From an uncultured Clostridia bacterium (GTDB lineage Bacteria; Bacillota; Clostridia; Oscillospirales; Acutalibacteraceae): a stretch of DNA of 13,058 nucleotides. A program made the translations under genes and the position numbers. Location: the NCBI GenBank assembly GCA_937888485.1, contig CALAQQ010000187.1, forward strand, positions 1 through 13,058. Direction: 5' to 3'. Under the pieces are notes generated by a model that did no database searches, was not told the DNA's origin, and saw nothing but the letters and a program-made list of their open reading frames with translations. This document shows positions 1-6,821 of the stretch, piece by piece; position 1 is the stretch's first letter; each line of letters opens with the position of its first letter.

Positions 1-55
1 GAGCAGCGGTCTCCAAAACCGCGTGCCGAGGGTTCAAGTCCTTCTGCCCCTGCCA
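1..55 (+). tRNA. trnW: tRNA-Trp (anticodon CCA), 3' portion only; the 5' part is off the left edge
   Basis: Anticodon stem GCGGT(6-10)/ACCGC(18-22) around loop CTCCAAA, with anticodon CCA at 13-15. T-arm GAGGG(28-32)-TTCAAGT-CCTTC(40-44). Acceptor 3' strand TGCCCCT, discriminator G, encoded CCA at 53-55. Confidence 0.9.
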
Positions 56-167
56 GAAAAAAGTCCGGAAATCCTTGATATATAAGGGTTTGCGGGCTTT
101 TTCTTTGTCAAAAATTATTTTTCTAAATCCGCACTTTACCGTAAAATATCGTACATTTTCGAGGGCT

Positions 168-190
168 ATGTGCCCCCCAATGTGCCCCCC
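168..190. repeat. Tandem direct repeat ATGTGCCCCCC x2 (168-178, 180-190); inverted partial copy GGGGGGCA at 261-268
   Basis: Read directly. These are the only C6/G6 runs in the window, and they sit in an otherwise AT-rich non-coding stretch between the tRNA and the first terminator. Confidence 0.7.
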
Positions 191-296
191 GCAGAAGACC
201 GCTATCCCTATATATATCAACAGTTTTTATACATTTCTATGTATAAAAAACCATTATTTTGGGGGGCAATTTTTACCGCGTGCCGTATTTTAAAAC

Positions 297-335
297 AAAA
301 AAACAGAGCAGAAAGACGGTTAAATCTTTCTGCTC
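297..335 (-). terminator. Rho-independent terminator of the Fic operon; copy 1 of a perfect 39-bp direct repeat
   Basis: 11-bp perfect stem GAGCAGAAAGA(306-316)/TCTTTCTGCTC(325-335) with an 8-nt loop. A7 on the plus strand (297-303) gives a T7 tail on the minus strand. It lies 6 nt past the Fic stop codon. Confidence 0.8.
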
Positions 336-341
336 ATAATT

Positions 342-1058
342 TTATTCTTCACTGTATTCGTGCGGTCTTTCTTTATACTCTTTTACCTTATAATTACCAA
401 TGGTATCGTATTTATTCTGCTTAACGGGTTCGTTTGTGAGCATATCTTCTGTATTTTTGTGCAGTATAGCATCAAAAAAGATCCTTTCAAGATATTCATA
501 CTTTGAGTAAATACCTTGTGAACACCACACCAATGCATTGCGAACATAGTTGGAATTTGTTTTAAAAAGTTCGTGCTCAACATCAAAGCCAAGAGAGTTG
601 GCGAGGAGTACGGCAAAAACAATTACGCTTCTTGTATTGCCTTCTCTGAACGGGTGTATTTGCCATATCTTTGCAATAATTCTTACCAACCGAAAAACAA
701 CATCATCATCGTTATCTCCGGTTCTTTTCAGCTTTTTAATTTCTTTCATTGTTGAGTTTAATTCTTTTTTTATTTCTTTAGGGAAAGCATATCTTACAGT
801 ATCTCCGCCAAGAACATCTTCAGGCTTTGTCATCTGAATTGTTCTGAATTCTCCCGCCCAAGCATAGATTTGTCCGAATATTTTCCTGTGAATATCCTGC
901 AAGGTTTCGGTGTCAAATTTATCGTATTTCAGATTATATACCCCAACCATTGCAATGTTTGTTATATCGGCCTCGGCTTTCCTTAATAATTCAGAGTCCT
1001 TAATGTTTGCAAGATTTATCAGAGTTTTAACATCATCATATAAATAAGGGTCTCGCAT
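342..1058 (-). CDS. Fic/DOC-family protein (putative AMPylating toxin, class-I-like)
   Basis: 238-aa ORF carrying the Fic core motif HPFREGNTRS. GGAGG lies 9 nt upstream of the ATG, inside the end of the upstream gene, with a 3-nt intergenic gap. Confidence 0.85.
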   Translation of the reverse strand: MRDPYLYDDVKTLINLANIKDSELLRKAEADITNIAMVGVYNLKYDKFDTETLQDIHRKIFGQIYAWAGEFRTIQMTKPEDVLGGDTVRYAFPKEIKKELNSTMKEIKKLKRTGDNDDDVVFRLVRIIAKIWQIHPFREGNTRSVIVFAVLLANSLGFDVEHELFKTNSNYVRNALVWCSQGIYSKYEYLERIFFDAILHKNTEDMLTNEPVKQNKYDTIGNYKVKEYKERPHEYSEE

Positions 1059-1061
1059 CTC

Positions 1062-1586
1062 TTATACCTCCACGGGAAAGCCGTATCTCTTTAATGTGCT
1101 TTCAAAAACTGAAATGAATGTTGCTTTACCCGATAACCAGTTGTCGAGTTCTTCTTTTGCTGTTTTGCTGACGGGTACACCTTCAATCGAAGTCATTGCA
1201 TCAGCAAAGGTTACGCATCTGGTTTTGGTTAAATCGGCTATTTCGTCCATACCTGCGCTCAGCTCTAACATATCAAGTTTTCTGATAAATGATGAATCTA
1301 AAAGCTTAACGGCTTCTCTGATTTCTGAAAGACGCTTTTCAACATCACTTAACTCAGACTCATATTTTTTACGAAGCTTTAACTCTCTGTCAATCGAATC
1401 AACGCTTTCAGTTTTAATGTAAACACTTGTTATCTTGCCACGAACTCTGCATTGAAGATAGCAGTATTCGTTTCCGTTGATGTTTTTCTTTGAAATATAT
1501 CCATTGGGTAACACGGAGAGTTTATTGATAAAAAAGACCTTTTTAGCTAAAAGGTTTTTATATTCAGTTGTAATTGTTTTTAACAT
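1062..1586 (-). CDS. VbhA-like (alpha-inh) Fic antitoxin domain fused to an approximately 125-aa N-terminal region of unknown function
   Basis: The C-terminus FADAMTSIEGVPVSKTAKEELDNWLSGKATF resembles a Fic-antitoxin inhibitory helix. I place the start at Met14 of the tracked ORF (MLKTITT...) because GGAGGTG lies 7 nt upstream. The tracked ATG at 1625 lies upstream of the predicted -10 box. Confidence 0.75.
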   Translation of the reverse strand: MLKTITTEYKNLLAKKVFFINKLSVLPNGYISKKNINGNEYCYLQCRVRGKITSVYIKTESVDSIDRELKLRKKYESELSDVEKRLSEIREAVKLLDSSFIRKLDMLELSAGMDEIADLTKTRCVTFADAMTSIEGVPVSKTAKEELDNWLSGKATFISVFESTLKRYGFPVEV

Positions 1587-1613
1587 AAATACACCTCCGT
1601 ATATCTTATGTGT

Positions 1614-1642
1614 ATTATAACACATTATAACCTACAAATCAA
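1614..1642 (-). promoter_or_regulatory. Sigma-A type promoter for the antitoxin-Fic operon
   Basis: On the minus strand: TTGATT (1642-1637), a 17-nt spacer, then TGT-TATAAT (extended -10, TATAAT at 1619-1614). It lies about 28 nt upstream of the ATG at 1586. Confidence 0.6.
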
Positions 1643-1665
1643 GAAAATATTATATTTGTAGGTTA
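1628..1665. promoter_or_regulatory. 12-bp perfect inverted repeat (candidate operator) in the divergent promoter region
   Basis: TAACCTACAAAT (1628-1639) and ATTTGTAGGTTA (1654-1665) are separated by a 14-nt spacer. The left arm overlaps the -35 box and spacer of the minus-strand promoter. Confidence 0.6.
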
Positions 1666-1697
1666 ATTATTTATATCCTTAAAACCCATTATGTCTG

Positions 1698-1726
1698 TTG
1701 ATACTTTTTATTTTGTATGATAAAAT
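1698..1726 (+). promoter_or_regulatory. Sigma-A type promoter for the HipA-like operon
   Basis: TTGATA (1698-1703), a 17-nt spacer, then TGA-TAAAAT (extended -10, 1718-1726). GAGG follows 10 nt before the ATG at 1751. Confidence 0.6.
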
Positions 1727-1750
1727 AACCGAAAGAGAGGAAGTGATTAA

Positions 1751-2833
1751 ATGAACAAGAAATCATTTGAAATCTTAAGTGCCGATTCAGTTGTGGCTGT
1801 GTGGAATGACGGACAGCTTACAGTTATTAACGACGCTTTACTTCCTTTATATTTAAAACATATCAACGATTCCGAAAAGTGGCTTGCAAGCAGAGCCGCT
1901 GACAGAAAAAGAGTTAATATACGTCTTCTCAAGAAGGCACTCAGACTTGCTGAAAAAGATGATATCTCAACGGTTGTTCACGTAAACGGTGCCACAATTA
2001 CAGATAATTATTGGGTACGCTCCATTGATTCAGAGCTTACTTATGCTGACATCAAGTTTGATAATGACTACTTTTCTAACCTTGCTCTTAAGGGTACTTA
2101 TGACAGCTTTAACAGAGCCGCTAACAGCAAGCACAGCAGAACACCTGAGCTTACTAATGTAGGTAGCTTTGAAAAATGCTGGAAGCTCCGTGACGGCAAA
2201 TGGTGGATGTATAAAAAAGCTAATCATAACGAGCTGTTTTCTGAACTTTTTGTTTTTGAACTCGGTAAAGCTCTCGGAATGAATATGGCTCATTATGAGC
2301 GTGGTCAGGGCGTTATTAAATCTCTTGACTTTACTGAATCATCAAGTGTTAATTTCGAGCCTGCTTCAACATTTATGGGCAATAATGAAGATTATGAGAA
2401 TGTTGTTTCCAAGCTTCAGAAGATTTGTCCCGAAGCAATTGCGGATTACATCAGAATGATTTTTCTTGACACTATAGTTGCCAATCCCGACAGACATACA
2501 AACAATTTCGGCTTGCTCCGTGATATTCATACGGGTAAGCTTGTCGGCTTTGCCCCTAATTTTGATAACAATATGGCTCTTATCGCCAGAGGTTATCCGA
2601 AGAAATCAACATCAAAGGATTTGCTTGTTCGACTTTTCAATGAGCTTCTTAAAAATCATCCCGAGTATAAATCCTATCTTCCCAAACTTGATGAGTTAAC
2701 AGTCAAGAATATTCTTGATAAATTGAATATGAAAGTAAAAAGGCAAGAGATAATCACCTTTGTAATTGACAGATATAATATGATTGTGTCTGCAGAAAGG
2801 AGTGATAGAGATGTCACCGCAAGTTTATGCTAA
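1751..2833 (+). CDS. HipA-like serine/threonine kinase (short form, 360 aa)
   Basis: Catalytic-loop-like IVANPDRHTNNFGLL is followed by FAPNFDNN (Mg-binding, DFG-like). The upstream segment PELTNVGSFEKCWKLRDGKWWMYKK resembles the nucleotide-binding region of HipA_C-type kinases. Confidence 0.8.
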   Translation: MNKKSFEILSADSVVAVWNDGQLTVINDALLPLYLKHINDSEKWLASRAADRKRVNIRLLKKALRLAEKDDISTVVHVNGATITDNYWVRSIDSELTYADIKFDNDYFSNLALKGTYDSFNRAANSKHSRTPELTNVGSFEKCWKLRDGKWWMYKKANHNELFSELFVFELGKALGMNMAHYERGQGVIKSLDFTESSSVNFEPASTFMGNNEDYENVVSKLQKICPEAIADYIRMIFLDTIVANPDRHTNNFGLLRDIHTGKLVGFAPNFDNNMALIARGYPKKSTSKDLLVRLFNELLKNHPEYKSYLPKLDELTVKNILDKLNMKVKRQEIITFVIDRYNMIVSAERSDRDVTASLC

Positions 2834-2990
2834 AAGACTCTCGGCTATTAAGCTTGCAGATACCCTTAATAAAATCGAAGGAGCACCTGTAACGGACTAT
2901 GCTCGCCAGCTGTCTGAAAAATGGGCTAAGGGTGAAATTACAGGTCAGCAGATGAAAGAAGCTCTTATCGCTTCGCACAAGAAGGTATAG
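2811..2990 (+). CDS. 59-aa VbhA-like (alpha-inh type) mini-protein, overlapping the kinase gene by 23 nt
   Basis: AGGAG lies 8 nt upstream of the ATG at 2811. LADTLNKIEGAPVTDYARQLSEKWAKGEIT aligns with the C-terminus of the 1062-1586 product through a shared ADxxxxIEGxPVxxxAxxxxxxWxxGxxT pattern. Confidence 0.75.
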   Translation: MSPQVYAKRLSAIKLADTLNKIEGAPVTDYARQLSEKWAKGEITGQQMKEALIASHKKV

Positions 2991-3050
2991 TTTACGAACG
3001 GTTTATAATTGCAATTATGAGCCGACAAAGCACGAATATCTTGAATAAAT

Positions 3051-3090
3051 AAAAAAACAGAGCAGAAAGACGGTTAAATCTTTCTGCTCT
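3051..3090. terminator. Bidirectional terminator between the convergent HipA-like operon and int; copy 2 of the 39-bp direct repeat
   Basis: 3051-3089 is identical to 297-335. The stem extends to 12 bp here, with a T7 tail on the minus strand. It lies 8 nt past the int stop codon. Confidence 0.8.
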
Positions 3091-3097
3091 TAATCTT

Positions 3098-4264
3098 TTA
3101 TGATACCAATGTCTCCTTAATAAATTTATCCTGCAGCATAGCGGCATTTGCCTTGGATTGCTCGTCAACGTGAGTATAAATGTTAGCTGTTACACCGTAC
3201 TCACTGTGACCCATAAGCTCCTGTGCCGTTTTAATATCTACCCCCGACCATTGAAGCATTGAGCAATAGGTATGTCGTAGCTGATGTGCGGTAAACTCTT
3301 CAAAACGCTCATCTGCAAAGCAAAGCGAATCTTCGTCTCTGCCGTCAGCCGCCCTTAATGCTTCCATATAGCTCTCAAAAAGGCGTTTCCAAGCTGTTTC
3401 CGTCATTCTTCCTCCGTAAGCCTTCTGAACGATATAGGGACCCTTGGAATGCTGCTTCGCTTCAAGAAGTAAGTTGTAAAGGAAATCATTCATCGGTATT
3501 TTTCGCATACCTGCTTTTGTTTTGGTTTCCTTTAATTCAAACTGCTTGAAATCATAGGATTTGTTTACATTTATGATTCTGTTTTTGAAGTCAATATCAA
3601 ACCAAGTCAGTGCCGTTACTTCACCACGTCTGAGACCGGCAAGAAGCATTATACAAGCTGCAACCTTTGCTCTGTGTTCGGTAGTGAGAATTAACTGAAT
3701 TGTATGTTTGTTTATTGCGGTTCTTGTTTGTGTTACAGCGTTTTTAGGCGGCTTCAAATCACTGCAAGGATTGCTGAAGTTATACGCTCTTTCCTTTCGT
3801 GCAAATTCAAATACATTGGATAAAGCACGGATATACCGCTGTATGGTTTTCTTTGCCGTAGCCTTGCCTGTTGAAGGGTTACACCGATATAATTCATTGA
3901 CTGCAGGCTGAATGTGAGAGGTAAGAACATCCTTAAGCTTTGTTTTGGCAAGCAGACCGCCCTTGTAATCAACAAAATACTGCAGCCTCGCTTTCAGGGT
4001 TTTATACTCGGATTCCTTGATGTTTTCACAATCAACCTCGGTTTCCATATAATCAAGATAATGATTAATCCAACTGTAAAGGCTGTCATTGTTTTTCAGA
4101 ACATCAAGACCGTCATCAATATCATTTCGGTATTCCCTTACTCTCTTCTCAAGCTCCTTTTCTGTTTTAGCCTTCAGTTTTTTGTATTTTGGTTTTCCGT
4201 TAGCATCTGTACCGATATAAATTTTGGTACAAAAGCTACCTTTTTCTACATAAAACTTATTCAT
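3098..4264 (-). CDS. int: Tyrosine recombinase / site-specific integrase with an N-terminal arm-binding-type domain
   Basis: Catalytic signature: LRRGE (Arg), HQLRHT (HxxR), GHSEYGVTANIYTHV (His and the nucleophile Tyr). The N-terminus KIYIGTDANGKPKYKKLKAKTEKE looks like Tn916-type Int arm-binding domains. GGAGG lies 8 nt upstream. Confidence 0.95.
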   Translation of the reverse strand: MNKFYVEKGSFCTKIYIGTDANGKPKYKKLKAKTEKELEKRVREYRNDIDDGLDVLKNNDSLYSWINHYLDYMETEVDCENIKESEYKTLKARLQYFVDYKGGLLAKTKLKDVLTSHIQPAVNELYRCNPSTGKATAKKTIQRYIRALSNVFEFARKERAYNFSNPCSDLKPPKNAVTQTRTAINKHTIQLILTTEHRAKVAACIMLLAGLRRGEVTALTWFDIDFKNRIINVNKSYDFKQFELKETKTKAGMRKIPMNDFLYNLLLEAKQHSKGPYIVQKAYGGRMTETAWKRLFESYMEALRAADGRDEDSLCFADERFEEFTAHQLRHTYCSMLQWSGVDIKTAQELMGHSEYGVTANIYTHVDEQSKANAAMLQDKFIKETLVS

Positions 4265-4287
4265 TAAAATTCCTCCTTAAAAGTTTC

Positions 4288-4309
4288 GAGGGATGCTTTC
4301 GCACCCCTC
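4288..4309 (-). other. Stem-loop in the xis-int intergenic spacer
   Basis: GAGGGATGC-TTTC-GCACCCCTC forms a 9-bp stem with one mismatch and a tetraloop. There is no clean U-tail. Confidence 0.4.
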
Positions 4310-4318
4310 ATGTCAATG

Positions 4319-4552
4319 TTACTGATTTATGTCATTATCATCAAATGTGCCAAGTCCCATTTTAAGAAAATCATCCTGACTGATACGCCATTCTCTGCCG
4401 ATTTTGCGGGCCTTGATAACACCTTTCTGACAATACTTTTTAATGGTTTCATAATTAAAGCCCGTAAGCCCTGCCACCATTTCAAGAGTGAGCATATAAG
4501 GTAAGCCTTCAAGGCTTGAAATATAGTTTCTTTTAATAGCATTAATCTTCAA
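4319..4552 (-). CDS. xis: Excisionase-family helix-turn-helix DNA-binding protein
   Basis: LTLEMVAGLTGFNYETIKKYCQKGVIKARKIGREWRI is a typical excisionase/MerR-like HTH. The start is TTG at 4552 with GGAGG 9 nt upstream; the internal Met (MLTLEM) is an alternative start. Confidence 0.8.
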   Translation of the reverse strand: MKINAIKRNYISSLEGLPYMLTLEMVAGLTGFNYETIKKYCQKGVIKARKIGREWRISQDDFLKMGLGTFDDNDINQ

Positions 4553-4566
4553 TAAACATCACCTCC

Positions 4567-5415
4567 TTACCTCGCATCTCTGTCTTTCTGACGCTGTAAT
4601 ACTCTGTAGTAATACGCACAGGACTTAATAACGAAATCTTCAAAATCTTTTTCTTTGATTTTCGGGGCAACCCTTTTCAATCGCTCCATCGGCATTTTGA
4701 AAAACTCCTGCTGATTGGGTTTGTCACGGGACATAATTTCCGTTATTACTTTTTCGTTCAGATTACCCGCCGAAGAAAGATTTTTTAGCTCAACCGCCTG
4801 AGAGTATGAGGGCGTAACCTCCATTTCATCATAAAAACGGTATATCGCACTTTGCTCCTCGGGTGTTAAATATGACAAGGCAACGGCAGGAGTAAATGCA
4901 ATTCTTCCTTCGTCCACGAGCTTTAAAATTTCGGGAATAAGAAAGGTCAGACGGATATACCGCCTGACCTGCGTTTTACTGTCGTCCGATTCACTTGCAA
5001 TAATCTCTGCCGATTCACACTTCCGACCAGCCTGGTCGGAGGTTAAGTCTGAACGGAAACCCTGTCTTTTCATTGCATCGAGTTTCATTTTGTAACCGAA
5101 AGCCTTTTCGCTCGGCAAAACCTTGTCACGCTGAAGGTTGGAATCAACATGCATAACAATAGCTTCTTCCCTTGTAAGGTCTTTGATGATTGCAGGGATA
5201 ACATCAATGTTAAGCCTTCTGCAGGCCTCAACTCTGCGGTATCCGCTTATGATTTCAAACCCGCCGTCTCTTTCACATACTACAATTGGTGAAATAACAC
5301 CGCTTTCCGATATACTCTCAAAAAGCTGGGCAAAGCCTTCATCTTCCCTGAACGCAAAGGGACTGTCTTCAAATGAAAATAAATCCTTAATTTTTACTTC
5401 TTTAACTTTAATCAT
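4567..5415 (-). CDS. ParB/Srx N-terminal-domain protein (ParB-like, element-encoded)
   Basis: GVISPIVVCERDGGFEIISGYRRVEACRRL contains the ParB-box GxRR motif. GGAGG lies upstream. Confidence 0.85.
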   Translation of the reverse strand: MIKVKEVKIKDLFSFEDSPFAFREDEGFAQLFESISESGVISPIVVCERDGGFEIISGYRRVEACRRLNIDVIPAIIKDLTREEAIVMHVDSNLQRDKVLPSEKAFGYKMKLDAMKRQGFRSDLTSDQAGRKCESAEIIASESDDSKTQVRRYIRLTFLIPEILKLVDEGRIAFTPAVALSYLTPEEQSAIYRFYDEMEVTPSYSQAVELKNLSSAGNLNEKVITEIMSRDKPNQQEFFKMPMERLKRVAPKIKEKDFEDFVIKSCAYYYRVLQRQKDRDAR

Positions 5416-5435
5416 AAATAATATTCCTCCTTAAA

Positions 5436-6821
5436 TTATCGTTCAATTTTTCTTTGATGTGTTTTGTTTGTATTGGTTCGTATTGAGTCGTAAGCATAAC
5501 GCTCATACATTTTTGAATGTTCGTTGATGTTGTCCATTTTGGTAACGACATCCTCGGCTCTGAGTTTAACTCTGTTCAGGATTTTAAGATTCTTTCTTGA
5601 AATCCTCATAGCACCGGTGAGCGTTGAGATGTGGTCACGCAGTTCCTTCTGCTGATTCTCATCACCTGAACGCACGGCCTTCTTAAATTCGTTTCTCAAA
5701 ATCTCTCTGGCTTCGTTCATTTCCTGCAAATGTTTTTCAGTATCCTTCATCAGTGCATCAAGGTCATCGTAGCTTTCAACATCGTTGTCGCAAAGCAAAT
5801 TCTGTTCCTCGCAAAGCTGGTGAAGTTTCAAAATTTCTTTTTCAAGATAACCTTCAACCTCGTTGCAATGCGGATGCTTCTTAAAAATTGACAGCCCCTT
5901 ACACAGACAAGTGTAGGAGCTGTTGATACCGCTTTTGTAATTGAAAGGATTGCCGTCGAAGAATAAAGTTTTGAGAGTTATTGAATCGTGAACAACTCTT
6001 CTTGAAGAATGCCGTCTCGTAATAATTACATCTTCAATATCGTTAATGGAATAGCCCTCGCCGATGTCGCAAAGCCATACGGGGCGTTTAAATCTTTTGT
6101 GATATACCGTCGGCTCGGGTCGGTTGAAATCAAATTGATAACCCATTTTTTCCATATTCCACACGAAAATTCTGAATGTTGAACTGCGTGAAAGACAAGT
6201 ATCAATATGAAACTTTAACAGGTCGTACTGATGGCTTTCGCCGTTTTTCTCGGCAAGGTACTGCACTCTTCTCGGTGCCTTGTGCGGCTTTTCAACAACG
6301 GATAAACCGTACTTGATACAAAGCTCATCGGATACTTTTCGCATTTCGTTATAGCTTTGCTTGCAGGCGTTGAACTTTTTTCCGTCAACCATTGAGACAC
6401 TGTTCACAACAAAATGATTATGAATGTGACCTCGGTCAAGATGGGTTGCCACAACAACCTCGTGTCGGTCTCCCCATAATTTCTGTGCAAGTTCTTTTCC
6501 GATTTCGTGAGCAAGCTCGGGTGTAACCTCGCCCGGCTTAAAGCTCTGATAGCCGTGAAAAGCAATTATCCCGTCCTGCTTTCCGTAAACCTTTTTTGTC
6601 TCCGTCATCTGGTCACGGGCAAACTCGGGGTTGCAATTTATGCCGCTTACAAAATATTGCATCTCGGTTTTTTCGCTTTCAACAGCGTAATCAATAACGT
6701 CCTTAAGCGATTGCAGTTCATCGTTGCTGTAATAATCATTGAGCGTTTTATCGGGATTCATTGCGTAATCAACAACGCTTTTCAGCGTTCCTTTAATTGA
6801 CCATATTTTAGTTACCGCCAT
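5436..6821 (-). CDS. Relaxase / mobilization nuclease (MobA/VirD2-type, MOBP-like)
   Basis: The N-terminus MAVTKIWSIKGTLKSVVDYAMNPDKT and the histidine triad THLDRGHIHNHFVVNSV fit this family. I place the start at Met42 of the tracked ORF (ATG at 6821), which overlaps the mobC stop by 14 nt. Confidence 0.9.
   Translation of the reverse strand: MAVTKIWSIKGTLKSVVDYAMNPDKTLNDYYSNDELQSLKDVIDYAVESEKTEMQYFVSGINCNPEFARDQMTETKKVYGKQDGIIAFHGYQSFKPGEVTPELAHEIGKELAQKLWGDRHEVVVATHLDRGHIHNHFVVNSVSMVDGKKFNACKQSYNEMRKVSDELCIKYGLSVVEKPHKAPRRVQYLAEKNGESHQYDLLKFHIDTCLSRSSTFRIFVWNMEKMGYQFDFNRPEPTVYHKRFKRPVWLCDIGEGYSINDIEDVIITRRHSSRRVVHDSITLKTLFFDGNPFNYKSGINSSYTCLCKGLSIFKKHPHCNEVEGYLEKEILKLHQLCEEQNLLCDNDVESYDDLDALMKDTEKHLQEMNEAREILRNEFKKAVRSGDENQQKELRDHISTLTGAMRISRKNLKILNRVKLRAEDVVTKMDNINEHSKMYERYAYDSIRTNTNKTHQRKIER

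Noticed and set aside
275-285. 11-nt exact match (ACCGCGTGCCG) to tRNA positions 18-28; could be a relic att/tRNA fragment
   Set aside because: An 11-mer match to any part of the 55-nt tRNA fragment is not very improbable in a 13-kb window on two strands. It also does not cover the tRNA 3' end, where integrases usually cross over. I kept it only as a note.
75-424. Tracked ORFs 75-293 and 170-424 on the plus strand
   Set aside because: They have no SD and produce low-complexity translation driven by the C6 repeats. The second runs through the terminator hairpin and into the Fic gene on the opposite strand. I treat this stretch as non-coding element-end DNA.
1-2833. Link between the adjacent tRNA-Trp and the HipA-like kinase, since HipT-type kinases target tryptophanyl-tRNA synthetase
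   Set aside because: The tRNA adjacency is fully explained by its role as an integration site, and nothing in the sequence supports a functional link.
3005-3018. 14-bp perfect palindrome ATAATTGCAATTAT just inside the right-hand 39-bp repeat
   Set aside because: A perfect 14-bp AT-rich palindrome is expected about once by chance in a window of this size and composition. I saw no second copy at the other repeat.
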